From Fimbriimonadales bacterium (lineage in GTDB: Bacteria; Armatimonadota; Fimbriimonadia; Fimbriimonadales; JABRVX01): 64,000 nucleotides of DNA. This document shows, piece by piece, positions 40,249 to 50,164 of this stretch. Location: positions 1 through 64,000 of the forward strand of contig BTVI01000001.1 of assembly GCA_045862955.1 (NCBI GenBank). Reading direction: 5' to 3'. How positions within the stretch are numbered: the stretch's first letter is position 1; every line of letters starts with the position of its first letter. A model generated the notes under the pieces. The model was given only the letters and a program-made list of their open reading frames with translations. It did not search any database and had not been told where the DNA came from. The translations under genes and the position numbers were made by a program.

Positions 40249-41607
40249 ATGGGTTCGAAAGTCAGGCGCCGGGTCGTGATCATGGGTGCCGCGGGGCGAG
40301 ACTTCCACGTGTTCAACACGTATTTCCGGGGGAACGACGGGTACGAGGTGGTGGCTTTCACCGCGACGCAGATACCCAACATCGAGGGCCGTGTGTACCC
40401 TACCGAGTTGGCGGGTGAACTGTATCCGAACGGAATCCCGATCCACCCAGAGGGCGAACTAGCCGAGATCGTGCTGAAGCACCAGGTGGACGAGGTGGTG
40501 TTCGCTTACAGCGACATCACGCATCTCGAGGTTATGCACAAGGCGTCGCTCGCACTCTCGCTCGGTCCCGACTTTCGATTGTTCGGCGCAGATGCGACGA
40601 TGCTGCATTCTAGCAAGCCGGTGATTGCCGTGTGCGCGGTGCGGACCGGCTGCGGAAAGAGCCAAGTGACGCGCGCGCTGGCGACCGCCCTAAAGGAGAT
40701 GGGCCTGCGAACGGTGGCAGTGCGTCATCCGATGCCGTACGGTGATCTTCGGAAGCAGGTATGTCAGCGGTTCGAAACGATCGAAGACCTCAAAGCGCAC
40801 CACTGCACCATCGAGGAGATGGAAGAGTACGAACCGCACATCGCTGCCGGCCACGTGGTGTACGCAGGCGTGGATTACGAGCAGATTGTGCGTAACGCCG
40901 AGCAGGAGGCGGACGTGATCCTGTGGGACGGCGGCAACAACGATGTTCCCTTCTTCCGACCCTCCCTGATGATCGTCGTAGCCGATCCGCACCGACCGGG
41001 ACACGAGATGCAGTATCACCCCGGCGAGACGAATTTGCGCATGGCGGACGTGGTAGTGGTAAGCAAGACCGACACGGCACCTCTATCGGGGGTGGAGCAA
41101 GTAGAAGCCAACGTGCGCGCGGTCAATCCGAAGGCACGCATCCTGCGAGCCAAGTCACCTGTTAGTGTGCCTGACCCGTCGGCTATTCGTGACAAGAGCG
41201 TACTACTCATCGAGGATGGTCCGACGGTCACTCACGGAGAGATGTCCTATGGTGCTGCCTACGTTGCGGCGAAGAAGTGGGGCGCTGGCGAGCCCATAGA
41301 CCCACGACCCCATGCGGTGGGCACGATCAAAGCGACATTCGAGAAGTACCCACACCTGGAGAAGGTGCTCCCTGCTATGGGGTACGGCGACCGCCAGATT
41401 GCCGACTTGGAGCAGACCATCGCGGCGGTGCCTTGCGACCTGGTTTTGATTGGGACGCCGATCGACCTGTCGCGCGTGGTGCGCATCGAGAAGCCGGCGA
41501 TGCGGGTCAAGTACGAGCTGGATGCAGAGACGGTTTCCGCCCTTCGCGCGGATCTGGAGCGCACGGTACAGGAGAGCCGATTGCCGGCACCGGGTGTAAG
41601 GGCGTAG
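40249..41607 (+). CDS. COG2403 P-loop enzyme, arginine synthetase ArcE-like (often annotated as GTPase or cDPG synthetase-like)
   Basis: IMGAAGRDFH.FN, VVAFTATQIP.I.GR.YP..LAG.LYP.GIPI, AVRTGCGKSQ, RHPMPYGDL, TIEE.EEYEPH, WDGGNND, EDGPT.THG. Confidence 0.8.
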   Translation: MGSKVRRRVVIMGAAGRDFHVFNTYFRGNDGYEVVAFTATQIPNIEGRVYPTELAGELYPNGIPIHPEGELAEIVLKHQVDEVVFAYSDITHLEVMHKASLALSLGPDFRLFGADATMLHSSKPVIAVCAVRTGCGKSQVTRALATALKEMGLRTVAVRHPMPYGDLRKQVCQRFETIEDLKAHHCTIEEMEEYEPHIAAGHVVYAGVDYEQIVRNAEQEADVILWDGGNNDVPFFRPSLMIVVADPHRPGHEMQYHPGETNLRMADVVVVSKTDTAPLSGVEQVEANVRAVNPKARILRAKSPVSVPDPSAIRDKSVLLIEDGPTVTHGEMSYGAAYVAAKKWGAGEPIDPRPHAVGTIKATFEKYPHLEKVLPAMGYGDRQIADLEQTIAAVPCDLVLIGTPIDLSRVVRIEKPAMRVKYELDAETVSALRADLERTVQESRLPAPGVRA

Positions 41608-41693
41608 GGGACTCGTTCTGACGGCTGATACGCAAGCCCCAGGGTGCCTAACCTCACCTCCTTGGGGGCAGCCGAAACAGCGGTTCGGTACGG

Positions 41694-42584
41694 TCAGGTG
41701 GTTGCGCAGTCTCGCTGCAGGCGGTCCCAGCGCTCCTGGACATCTACGGTGAACTGCGCGACCATCTCTGGCGTAAGGTGTTTGAAACGACCCTGCACCC
41801 TCAAATACTGCTCCACGCTGATCGGTCGCTTCGGGTGATAGGTGATGTGGTACCGGACTCCGTCTTCCACCTCATAAAGCGGAAACACGTTCGATTCAAC
41901 GGCCATGCGTGCGATCTCGACCGTCAGCTCCGATGCCATCTTCCATCCTGCGGGACAGGGGGCGAGGATGTGGATGAAGCGCATTCCTACGATGCCTTTC
42001 GCCTTCAGAAACTTCCGCATCAGGTCTTCGGGGTACGCAACGGATGCGGTGGCACAGTAGGGGATCCGATGCGCCGCCATGATGCGGTCTATATCCTTTT
42101 TCCGGTCCGCTTTAGGTGACGTCTCTGGCGTGGTAGTGGTCCACGCGGAGAATGGAGTCGCAGACGAGCGCTGGATGCCCGTGTTCATGTACGCCTCGTT
42201 ATCGTAACACACGAACAGGATGTTCTCGTTCCTCTCCGCCGCAGCGGAGAGCGCCTGCAATCCGATGTCGAAGGTTCCCCCATCGCCCGCCCAGGCCATC
42301 ACGGTGACATTCTCGATCCCCTGCATATCCAGGGCCGCACGTATGCCGCTGGCAGTTGCCGCCGCCGTCTCGAACGCACAGTGATACACGGGCACCCCCA
42401 GATTGCAGTAGGGGAACGGGCCCGCAATCACCGACCAGCAGCAAGCCGGCAGTGCTATCATGGTGCGCTCCCCCAGCGCCTTCAGCGCATAGCGCATGGC
42501 CAAGGTGGCCCCACATCCCTGGCAGGCTAGGTGTCCCGAGCCGCACAGTTCCGGGGCTCTCAGGTCTACGGCTGTCTCGGTCAT
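41694..42584 (-). CDS. porB: 2-oxoacid:acceptor oxidoreductase beta subunit (TPP-binding)
   Basis: GH.AC.GCG, GDGGT.DIG.QALS, YDNEAYMNTGIQRS, PCP.GW. Confidence 0.9.
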   Translation of the reverse strand: MTETAVDLRAPELCGSGHLACQGCGATLAMRYALKALGERTMIALPACCWSVIAGPFPYCNLGVPVYHCAFETAAATASGIRAALDMQGIENVTVMAWAGDGGTFDIGLQALSAAAERNENILFVCYDNEAYMNTGIQRSSATPFSAWTTTTPETSPKADRKKDIDRIMAAHRIPYCATASVAYPEDLMRKFLKAKGIVGMRFIHILAPCPAGWKMASELTVEIARMAVESNVFPLYEVEDGVRYHITYHPKRPISVEQYLRVQGRFKHLTPEMVAQFTVDVQERWDRLQRDCATT

Positions 42585-42587
42585 TGG

Positions 42588-43799
42588 TTACTCCTTCAGC
42601 TCCAGCCAAATGGGTGTGCCATCAGAGGTGTCGCTCTCTAGGGTCATCTCCAGGGCCTTGCGAATCGTATTCGGTGTGATGTCGCGTCCACCCAAGCCGA
42701 CGATGTACGGGTGGATTTGTGGTGCGGACGGCACGTTGCACATCGCAGCCTTCACTTCCTGGGCGAAGATTCCCTCGGCACCTGCGCTGATGTTACGATC
42801 CAGCACTGCCACCTTCTCGAGAGGCGCCAAAGCGGCTCGCAGGATCGCCGTCGGGAACGGTCGGAACACACGTAGCTTAATCAGGCCCACTCGCTTGCCC
42901 TCGTCGCGCATTCGGTCCACCGTCTCACGCGCCGTTGCGGTCATGGAACCAGCACACAACACCGCGACCTCGGCACCTTCGCATCGGTAGCACTCGATCA
43001 GGCCGTAGTCGCGACCGAAGGCTTCTCGAAATCGCTGCCCCTCCTCGACCGTCACTTTCAGTGCCTCACCGAAAGCCAACTGCTGTCGGTAACGCAGCTC
43101 CATGTAGTGCTCGGGCGAGGTAAGTGGGCCGAAGGCCGCAGGCTTGGCTAGGTCCAGCTTGTACTCCGGCCTATAGGGCGGCAGGAACGCGTCGACACTC
43201 TCCTGATCGGGGACATCCACTGGCTCGTAGGTGTGGGATAGTAGGAAGGCGTCCAGAACTAACATGAGTGGTAGTCGGACCTGCTCCGCTACCTTGTAGC
43301 CGAGGATCACGCCGTCCAGGACCTCTTGATTCGTCTCACAGTACCACTGCATGAGGCCCGTGTCGCGCTGGGCTAGCGCGTCGGTCTGATCGCTCCAGAT
43401 GCTCCAACCCGGTGCCATAGCGCGATTGACATCCACTAACACCACCGGCAGTCGGCCCAGGCCCGCCCAGTGCAGCAGCTCGTGCATCAGCGCCAACCCC
43501 TGCGCGCTGGTAGCAGTAAACGCCCGGACACCCGCAGCGGACGCGCCGATGACACTCGCCATCGCCGAGTGCTCCGATTCTACTTTGATGAACTTGGCAT
43601 CCAGCCGGCCGCTCGCGCAGATCTCGGACAGCTCCTCCACGATCTGTGTCTGCGGCGTGATTGGATAGGCCGAGATCATTTGCACACGAGCACGCATCAC
43701 GCCCCACGACACGGCGTGGTTGCCCATCAGCACCTTGGTGGTGGCCATTCCGCCCTTCTTACCCTCCGTTACCGTACGGGTCCCTTCCACCGTAGCCAT
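42588..43799 (-). CDS. porA: 2-oxoacid:acceptor oxidoreductase alpha subunit
   Basis: AYPITPQT, VESEHSAM, TATSAQGL.LMHE, RPFP, GLGGRD. Confidence 0.92.
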   Translation of the reverse strand: MATVEGTRTVTEGKKGGMATTKVLMGNHAVSWGVMRARVQMISAYPITPQTQIVEELSEICASGRLDAKFIKVESEHSAMASVIGASAAGVRAFTATSAQGLALMHELLHWAGLGRLPVVLVDVNRAMAPGWSIWSDQTDALAQRDTGLMQWYCETNQEVLDGVILGYKVAEQVRLPLMLVLDAFLLSHTYEPVDVPDQESVDAFLPPYRPEYKLDLAKPAAFGPLTSPEHYMELRYRQQLAFGEALKVTVEEGQRFREAFGRDYGLIECYRCEGAEVAVLCAGSMTATARETVDRMRDEGKRVGLIKLRVFRPFPTAILRAALAPLEKVAVLDRNISAGAEGIFAQEVKAAMCNVPSAPQIHPYIVGLGGRDITPNTIRKALEMTLESDTSDGTPIWLELKE

Positions 43800-43802
43800 T
43801 CG

Positions 43803-45572
43803 TCACACCTCTGCCCTCTCGGGGATCATTTCCATGGCAGCGCGAGGGCATTCGTGCACGCACACGCCGCAGCCTTTGCAATAGTCGTAGTCTATCAAGT
43901 AACTGCCATCCCCCATCGGGGTGATCACTGCGTCGGGGCAGTAGATGAAGCAGTTATCGCAGGCGATGCAGTTGCCGCAGTGCAGACAGCGCATCGCCTC
44001 CGATATCGCTGTCTCCTCGTCGATGTCAGGGTGCACCTCTATGAAACCGGCGGTGCGCGCTGCAGCTGCCTGCTCGGGTCTCGGCTGTCTAGTCAGCTCG
44101 TCGAAGTAGAAGGTGTTCAGCAGTTCGAAACCTGCCACTTCCGGCACTGGCTCCACGGCTTCTATCCCCTCGCGCAGCACGCGCAAGTAGGTCTCCATCG
44201 AGAGGCCGGGGCAGTCCGGGACGCGGATGCGTTTGAGCACCTCCCTGAAGGGGAGCCCCCGTTGCTCACAGTCCATTGCAATCGCCGCGCGCTTTCCGCT
44301 GGCGATTGCGTCGATCACGGTGCGCGGCGAGTCGGTCATGTCGCCGCCCGCCCACACTCTAGGGTCGGAGGTGCGCATCTCCTCGTCCGTTGCTAGCGAC
44401 CCGTGCTCTTTCGAGAGGTCGGGGGCGAGTTCCAGTTCGGCCTCCTCCCCGATAGCGGATAGCACGAGTCCCGCGGGCAGGCGGAACTCCGACCCTGGGA
44501 TTGGCTCTGGTTTTCTGCGGCCGTCCGGCCCGGGCTCTCCCAACTCCATGCGGATGCAGGTCATGGCTGCGAGGCCGCTCTCGTCGTCCACCTTCGATGG
44601 CGCCACCAGGTACTCGATCTCGACACCCTCCGCGAGCGCCGCCTCTATCTCGTCCTCGAACGCAGGCATCTCCTGCCGTGTGCGGCGATAGAGGATGGCT
44701 ACCCTCGCGCCGAGGCGCAGCGCTGCACGGGCCGCATCGATAGCGGTATTCCCTCCGCCTACCACGTACACCCGCTCTGGCACCTCGGTCCTAACACCTT
44801 GGGCCACGTCGGAGAGAAAGCGCAGACCGGGCATCACCGATGGGTGATCTTCGCCCGGGACACCCATTCTCCGCGAACGCTGAGCGCCAAAGGCAAGAAA
44901 CACCCGGTCGAAGCCCTGTTCGAACAGATCGGCTACCCGCGGGGCGACGCCGGTATGGAAGCGTATTCCCATGCCCCCGATTCGGTCCAGCTCTGCATCC
45001 AAAACGTCCTTCGGCAATCGGTAGCTGGGGATGCCGTAGCGAAGCATGCCGCCCAGTGCCGGCATTCGCTCGAACACTTCGACCTCGTGCCGCAGCCTAC
45101 GCAGGTGGTAGGCTGCTGCGAGTCCTGCCGGTCCCGATCCGACCACTGCAACGCGTAACGTTTTCGCTGGGGGCACGTCGTGCGGGGGAGCGGGCGGCGC
45201 ACTGGTGGTCATATCGCCGATGTGCCGCTCCAGCATGTTGATGCCCACCGAACCTTCCAGATGCGAGCGGTTGCAGTGCGACTCGCACGGGTGAAAGCAC
45301 ACACGGCCGAGAATCGCCGGCGAGGGATGCTCCAGGCGAATCGTCTCGAGGGCCTTGTCATACTCTCCCTTCGCCACGTACCCCATCCAGCGCTCGATGG
45401 CAGTGCCGGACGGGCAGCCTCGGGTGCAGGGTGGCGTGCGATGGGTGTAGGTGGGTCGTACGTATCGCCACGAGCCGGTGCGGTTCCAACCCATGTCACC
45501 CACGGACACGCAGTTGTCCGGCATGTCGCGATACGAGCGGAAGGTAATCTTCGTGAGGGTCTTGGGCTTCAT
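43803..45572 (-). CDS. PorD-like delta subunit with inserted GltD-like FAD/NAD(P)H oxidoreductase module
   Basis: N-terminal TGSWR..RP; PC...CP and GRVC.HPCE..C.R; GSGPAG; GGGNTA.D; YRR; C-terminal 2x[4Fe-4S] CIACDNCFIYCP and IDYDYCKGCGVC..ECP. Confidence 0.85.
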   Translation of the reverse strand: MKPKTLTKITFRSYRDMPDNCVSVGDMGWNRTGSWRYVRPTYTHRTPPCTRGCPSGTAIERWMGYVAKGEYDKALETIRLEHPSPAILGRVCFHPCESHCNRSHLEGSVGINMLERHIGDMTTSAPPAPPHDVPPAKTLRVAVVGSGPAGLAAAYHLRRLRHEVEVFERMPALGGMLRYGIPSYRLPKDVLDAELDRIGGMGIRFHTGVAPRVADLFEQGFDRVFLAFGAQRSRRMGVPGEDHPSVMPGLRFLSDVAQGVRTEVPERVYVVGGGNTAIDAARAALRLGARVAILYRRTRQEMPAFEDEIEAALAEGVEIEYLVAPSKVDDESGLAAMTCIRMELGEPGPDGRRKPEPIPGSEFRLPAGLVLSAIGEEAELELAPDLSKEHGSLATDEEMRTSDPRVWAGGDMTDSPRTVIDAIASGKRAAIAMDCEQRGLPFREVLKRIRVPDCPGLSMETYLRVLREGIEAVEPVPEVAGFELLNTFYFDELTRQPRPEQAAAARTAGFIEVHPDIDEETAISEAMRCLHCGNCIACDNCFIYCPDAVITPMGDGSYLIDYDYCKGCGVCVHECPRAAMEMIPERAEV

Positions 45573-46129
45573 GCGGGCACCGCCATCAGCACTGCGTCGT
45601 AGGCCGCGCGGGCGGCGGCCGCGTTCTCCTTCGGTTTGATAGGTACGTTGGCCTCGATGGCCTCTGCAACCGAGTCCAGCGAACACAACGGCACCACGCG
45701 CACGAAGGCCCCCAGGATGGCGGTGTTTACGATGGGCGCCGCCTTGCTGCCCAATCGGTGCTCTACGGCGATGCGCGAGGCGTCCACCGTGGCCACACGG
45801 AAGGCAGCGAGATCCGGGAAGCGGTCGGGCGGCTCGGGCGTGTTGATCAGCACCACCCCTCCGGACTTCAGCCCCGTAGTCGGGATGCCGGTGGCGAGCA
45901 GCGTCGCGTCCAGTACGATAATGTGGTCCGGTTCGTAAATCTCGTTGCGCAGGCGAACCTGGCTTTCGTCAATGCGGATGAACGCGGCGACCGGAGCGCC
46001 CCGCCGTTCGACTCCGAAGGAGGGGAACGCTTGCACCCACTTACCTTCGGCGAAGACGGCTTCGGCCAAGACTTTGGAGGCCACGACCGCGCCTTGGCCC
46101 CCCCGGCCGTGGATCCGAATCTCGATCAT
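45569..46129 (-). CDS. porC: 2-oxoacid:acceptor oxidoreductase gamma subunit
   Basis: MIEIRIHGRGGQG, FG.ERRGAPV, IVNTAILGA. Confidence 0.93.
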   Translation of the reverse strand: MIEIRIHGRGGQGAVVASKVLAEAVFAEGKWVQAFPSFGVERRGAPVAAFIRIDESQVRLRNEIYEPDHIIVLDATLLATGIPTTGLKSGGVVLINTPEPPDRFPDLAAFRVATVDASRIAVEHRLGSKAAPIVNTAILGAFVRVVPLCSLDSVAEAIEANVPIKPKENAAAARAAYDAVLMAVPA

Positions 46130-46207
46130 GCACAGACCTCCGTTGGTCTGAGAGGTGTCGGGGCTTCGCTCGCCGTTGAACGCGCCCCGCAGGACAGAGC
46201 CATTAAC

Positions 46208-46213
46208 ATTATA
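46208..46213 (-). promoter_or_regulatory. Putative -10 (TATAAT) for the por operon
   Basis: Perfect TATAAT about 80 nt upstream of porC in an AT-rich patch. Confidence 0.5.
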
Positions 46214-46545
46214 CGCCGATTCGCTCCCAGGCCGGTGGATTCCTGCGTGCGGGCCAGGGCTGTTTGCAGGTGGCGGCGACGCCCGTCTGGTTCCACGCAC
46301 TGGTTCTCGCTGGCCGGGTGGAGGCTGGAAGCCCCCGATCCCCGTGACAGCAGCACCACCCGTGCCGGGCTTACGACGCTCGTGAGGTCCCGAGCTAAGT
46401 CAGCACTTCAGTCCCCGACTACAGCGGCCTCAGTCCCGGGCGCCTCAGCGCCACTCTCACGGAATTGCAGCGCGACCAGCCTGGAGCGCTGCACCGCTAG
46501 ACGTTGCACGCGGGCCGGAGCTCGATACGGCACCCCGAGAGGCAG

Positions 46546-47772
46546 CTACTTTCGGTCCCGATAGTGACGGAGGAAGGCGGGGACCTCGAGTTCTTCGTCG
46601 CTCAACCCGGCACTGGGTGAAGGGCGAATCTCGGGCGGGTCCTCGTGCTTGCTCTCCGGCGTGGGCTCGGCGGTTCTGGCGACCTCGGTCTCGCGAGGGA
46701 CAGGGGCCGGCTCCGGGCGACTGCGCGCCTCCATGCGGGAAGGAGGCACTTGCATCTCCACTGCAGCGGTGCTCGGCAGCCGCCTGGCCTCGCGTACGGG
46801 GGGCGTCGGCGTCCACCCGCTGCCCACACCAGCTGCCAACACCGTGATCCGCACCTCGTCACCCATACTCGGGTCCTCGACATGGCCCAAGAAGATGTCA
46901 GCCTCGTCGGGGTCGGCGAGCTTCTGGATGAACTGCATCGCCTGGTTGGCTTCCACGAGCGTGAGGTTCGGTCCGGCGGTGATGTTCACCAGCATTCGCT
47001 TGGCACCCGCGATGGAGGTCTCCAGCAGCGGGCTCGACACGGCGGCTTCTGCCGCATGAACCGCTCGCTGGTCTCCGCTGGCAACGCCGATACCCATCAG
47101 TGCAGGCCCCGCGCTCTCCATCACCGACCTCACATCGGCGAAGTCCACATTGATAATGCCCGTGTCGGTGATGATGTCAGAGATGCCTTGCACGCCCTGA
47201 CGCAGCACGTCATCGGCGATGCGGAAGGCCTCTTGCATGGTCGTACGTCGATCCACCACGTCCAACAGCTTGTCGTTGGGTATTGTGATGATGGTATCTA
47301 CGCGATCCCTCAACTGAGCGATGCCCTCCTCTGCAATGCGCTTGCGCCGCGCGCCCTCGAAGCCGAAGGGCCTCGTCACCACAGCTACGGTAAGTGCTCC
47401 GAGATCGCGTGCCATTTCTGCAACCACGCCGCTCGCACCAGTGCCGGTACCGCCACCCATGCCTGCTGTCAGGAAGACCATATGCGCGCCTTCCAGCGCC
47501 TTGCGGATGTCGGTGCGGCTCTCCTCGGCGGAGTTTCGGCCCACCTCGGGGTCACCTCCCGCACCGAGACCACGCGTCAGGTTGCTCCCCAGCACGATCT
47601 TCTTGCCGGCCTTCGAGCGGTCGAGCACCTGCACATCGGTGTTCATCGCGATGAACTCCACACCTTGAATGCCCGCCTCTATCATGCGGTCCACCGCGTT
47701 AGACCCGCCACCACCTATGCCGACGACTTTGACCGTGATCGCCACTCTGTAATCATCACTCAACGAAGCCAT
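46546..47772 (-). CDS. ftsZ: Cell division protein FtsZ
   Basis: [28 protein letters not shown]-terminal LEVPAFLR. Confidence 0.98.
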   Translation of the reverse strand: MASLSDDYRVAITVKVVGIGGGGSNAVDRMIEAGIQGVEFIAMNTDVQVLDRSKAGKKIVLGSNLTRGLGAGGDPEVGRNSAEESRTDIRKALEGAHMVFLTAGMGGGTGTGASGVVAEMARDLGALTVAVVTRPFGFEGARRKRIAEEGIAQLRDRVDTIITIPNDKLLDVVDRRTTMQEAFRIADDVLRQGVQGISDIITDTGIINVDFADVRSVMESAGPALMGIGVASGDQRAVHAAEAAVSSPLLETSIAGAKRMLVNITAGPNLTLVEANQAMQFIQKLADPDEADIFLGHVEDPSMGDEVRITVLAAGVGSGWTPTPPVREARRLPSTAAVEMQVPPSRMEARSRPEPAPVPRETEVARTAEPTPESKHEDPPEIRPSPSAGLSDEELEVPAFLRHYRDRK

Positions 47773-47805
47773 TCCTCCCCCTTCCCGGGTTCATGTAGTA
47801 TCTGC

Positions 47806-49023
47806 TCAAGTCCCTTTTTCGAACAGCCTGCGACGGATGTTACTCAACCAATCGCCTGGCTGTTGCGAGTCGTGCTCGTTCCGCATGCCTTCCCCAGCAC
47901 ACTGCAGCAAGCCGATCGGCGTCATCCACTCCGGGCCGTTAGACGGAATGCACGGACCGCCATCCTCGACTGCTGCCATTCGCACGGACGCACCGTCCAT
48001 CACCGTAGCGGCTAGTGCCAGCACACCATCCAACTTGCTACCCCCGCCGGCCAAGACCACTCCGCCGGGCAGGAGGCGTTTGTGACCGAAGTGCTCGACA
48101 ACCGAGCGCGCCATGGCGAGCAGCTCCATCATGCGCGGATGGATGATCTCCGCCAAGAGCTTCCGCCGCAACAACCGGGGAGTCGGGGAGCCGAGCTGCC
48201 GCACTTCGACCAGCTCCTCCTCGGATATCTCCGTGTGTTGGGTGGTGCCGAACTGGATCTTCAGCCGCTCGGCATCCTCCATCGAGGTACGAAGCAGCTT
48301 GCTCAGGTCCGAGGTGACATGCCAGCTCCCGATTGGCACGAGCCCGAATCCGTGGAGCACGCCGTCGTGAAAAAGTGCGACGTTAGTTGCGTTGCCACCG
48401 ATATCGAGCAGGATCGTGCCGACCTCGCGCTCGGAATCGCTCAAGGCAGCCTTGCCCGCTGCCAGCGGCTCCAGAATCAGCTCGCTCAACTCCAGGTCCG
48501 CCCTCTCCACCGCCTCTGCCAAGGTCCGAACGGGGGCCGCGCTTGCCACGACTACGTGGGACCGGACTCCGAGACGTGAGCCCACGATGCCCACTGGGCG
48601 GCTGAGCCCGTCTCTACCGTCCACTCGGTAGGACCAGGGTATCACGTCGAGCACTTCCTCATCGTGTGCCAGCGGCACAGAGCGGCTGTTCTCGACCGCG
48701 CGCTGCACGTCGCCCGCCGTGATCGCCCGCGCAGCTCCCCCGACCATGGCCTGCCCTTCGCCGGGGACGAACCGAATGTGGTCGCCCGTCACGCCGGCCG
48801 ACACCGCTTCCACGCGCACGTCGCAGGACTTCTCAGCATTCTCCACCGCGGCTCGGATAGCGCGGACTGTTTCGTCCATGTCCACCACGGCGCCCTTTCG
48901 AACACCGGTGCAGGCTTCGACACCACTGCCTACGGGGATCGTCGTGCCGTCAGAACGCACCTCTGCGATCAGGCAGGCGACCTTCGTAGAGCCTATATCG
49001 AGAATGGCAACATGCCCTATCAT
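47806..49023 (-). CDS. ftsA: Cell division protein FtsA
   Basis: LDIGSTKV, LDIGG, AERLK..FG, VL.GGGS; start at MIGHVA. Confidence 0.93.
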   Translation of the reverse strand: MIGHVAILDIGSTKVACLIAEVRSDGTTIPVGSGVEACTGVRKGAVVDMDETVRAIRAAVENAEKSCDVRVEAVSAGVTGDHIRFVPGEGQAMVGGAARAITAGDVQRAVENSRSVPLAHDEEVLDVIPWSYRVDGRDGLSRPVGIVGSRLGVRSHVVVASAAPVRTLAEAVERADLELSELILEPLAAGKAALSDSEREVGTILLDIGGNATNVALFHDGVLHGFGLVPIGSWHVTSDLSKLLRTSMEDAERLKIQFGTTQHTEISEEELVEVRQLGSPTPRLLRRKLLAEIIHPRMMELLAMARSVVEHFGHKRLLPGGVVLAGGGSKLDGVLALAATVMDGASVRMAAVEDGGPCIPSNGPEWMTPIGLLQCAGEGMRNEHDSQQPGDWLSNIRRRLFEKGT

Positions 49024-49412
49024 TGGCCAGTCGGATCCGCTGCAGGAGGCGCGGAAACCTCCCCTCCACCGTTGGTTTCGACGCGAGAGAGCAGGTGCCT
49101 GCGAATGAGCGAGAGATTGACGAAGATTCTGCCGCCCAACACAACCACGGCGGCTAGGAACAGGTCCAGGCCGATCTGGTCTCCGAAGTAGGCAAGTCCG
49201 GCCGCGGTGATCATGTTGACTGCAAAGCCGCTGGCGAAGACCACACGGTCGAAGCTCTTCTCTAGCGCCGCTCGCACCCCGCCGATGATGGTGTCCATTC
49301 CCGCCAAGGCCGCCACCGAGAGGTAGTTGCCGAAGACGCCCTTGCTCGGAGTCGGCAGCCACCACGCAACGATGACACCGACGATCAAGGCAAGCAGGGG
49401 CATCCAGATCAT
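49020..49412 (-). CDS. Small basic protein (DUF1290/Sbp family)
   Basis: YLSVA.LA..DT..GG.RA, F.SGF..N, G.RIF.N...IRR; dcw position. Confidence 0.9.
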   Translation of the reverse strand: MIWMPLLALIVGVIVAWWLPTPSKGVFGNYLSVAALAGMDTIIGGVRAALEKSFDRVVFASGFAVNMITAAGLAYFGDQIGLDLFLAAVVVLGGRIFVNLSLIRRHLLSRVETNGGGEVSAPPAADPTGQ

Positions 49413-50164
49413 GGCTTCACCGGTTCCGCGGGCCTTGCGTACAGGATCTTGCTGGAGCCGCTGTAGGCCGGGATGCGCAGTTTCTCCTCCACGATGACCT
49501 CGACCATCTCTTCATCCAACGCTCTCATCCCCGACAACACCCCTCCCGGCATGTTGACGGCGGACTTGAGCGTCTCCGGGTCGCCGATGGCCTGGATGGT
49601 GAATGGGGAGGAGACCGGGACCCCGTCAACGTGGATGACCGGGCCGACACAGCGGATGGCGCTGCGCGAGGTAAGTCGGTGGCCGTCCACCGCAAGCACT
49701 TCGGCGCCTGCAGCCCGCAGCTCGTTGACCACGCGCACGATGTCAATGTCGTGGATGAGATAACGCTCGGCGATCTCTGGCGAGACGATGGCAGGCACGT
49801 TGGGGCTGTCCCGAAGCAGGATCGTGACTCCTGGGCCTTCGACGTCTACGAAGCCCGCGAACACGCGCACGGACTGCATCTCATCGGACATCACCTTGGC
49901 CAGCTTGGACCGCTCGGCAGCCGCTTGCTCTAGTTCGGCCAGCTTGCCACGCAGAGCGATGATCTCTTCACGGTACTCGTCGTCCTGCTGGCGCGCGGTC
50001 TTCAGAATGGAAGTGGCTAAGGGCGTGGCACGGCCGCCGCCCGTCTCGCGATTGATTACCTCGTTTTTATATGCCCAAGTGCCCATTAGACCCAGCAGGG
50101 CGCAAGCGATGGTAAGCGGCATAAGCCAACTACTCTGCCGGGTCTTCCTTGTGGAGGGGTCCAT
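49409..50164 (-). CDS. DUF881 family protein
   Basis: TM plus coiled coil; V.GPGV...L.D, IHD.DI..VVNEL.AAGAE, AIRCVG, AIGDP. Confidence 0.92.
   Translation of the reverse strand: MDPSTRKTRQSSWLMPLTIACALLGLMGTWAYKNEVINRETGGGRATPLATSILKTARQQDDEYREEIIALRGKLAELEQAAAERSKLAKVMSDEMQSVRVFAGFVDVEGPGVTILLRDSPNVPAIVSPEIAERYLIHDIDIVRVVNELRAAGAEVLAVDGHRLTSRSAIRCVGPVIHVDGVPVSSPFTIQAIGDPETLKSAVNMPGGVLSGMRALDEEMVEVIVEEKLRIPAYSGSSKILYARPAEPVKP

Noticed and set aside
40249..41607. Cyclic 2,3-diphosphoglycerate synthetase call
   Set aside because: The N-terminal GAAGRDFH/TQIP motifs fit the ArcE-like subfamily, no 2-phosphoglycerate kinase is adjacent, and the neighbour is rocB-like; not excluded without phylogeny
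43803..45572. Glutamate synthase small subunit (gltD)
   Set aside because: No gltB nearby; it has PorD termini and sits in the delta position of a por operon
46645..48015. Long antisense ORFs such as the 456-aa frame opposite ftsZ, and similar shadows across the window
   Set aside because: Expected in GC-rich DNA opposite conserved genes; no motifs or RBS
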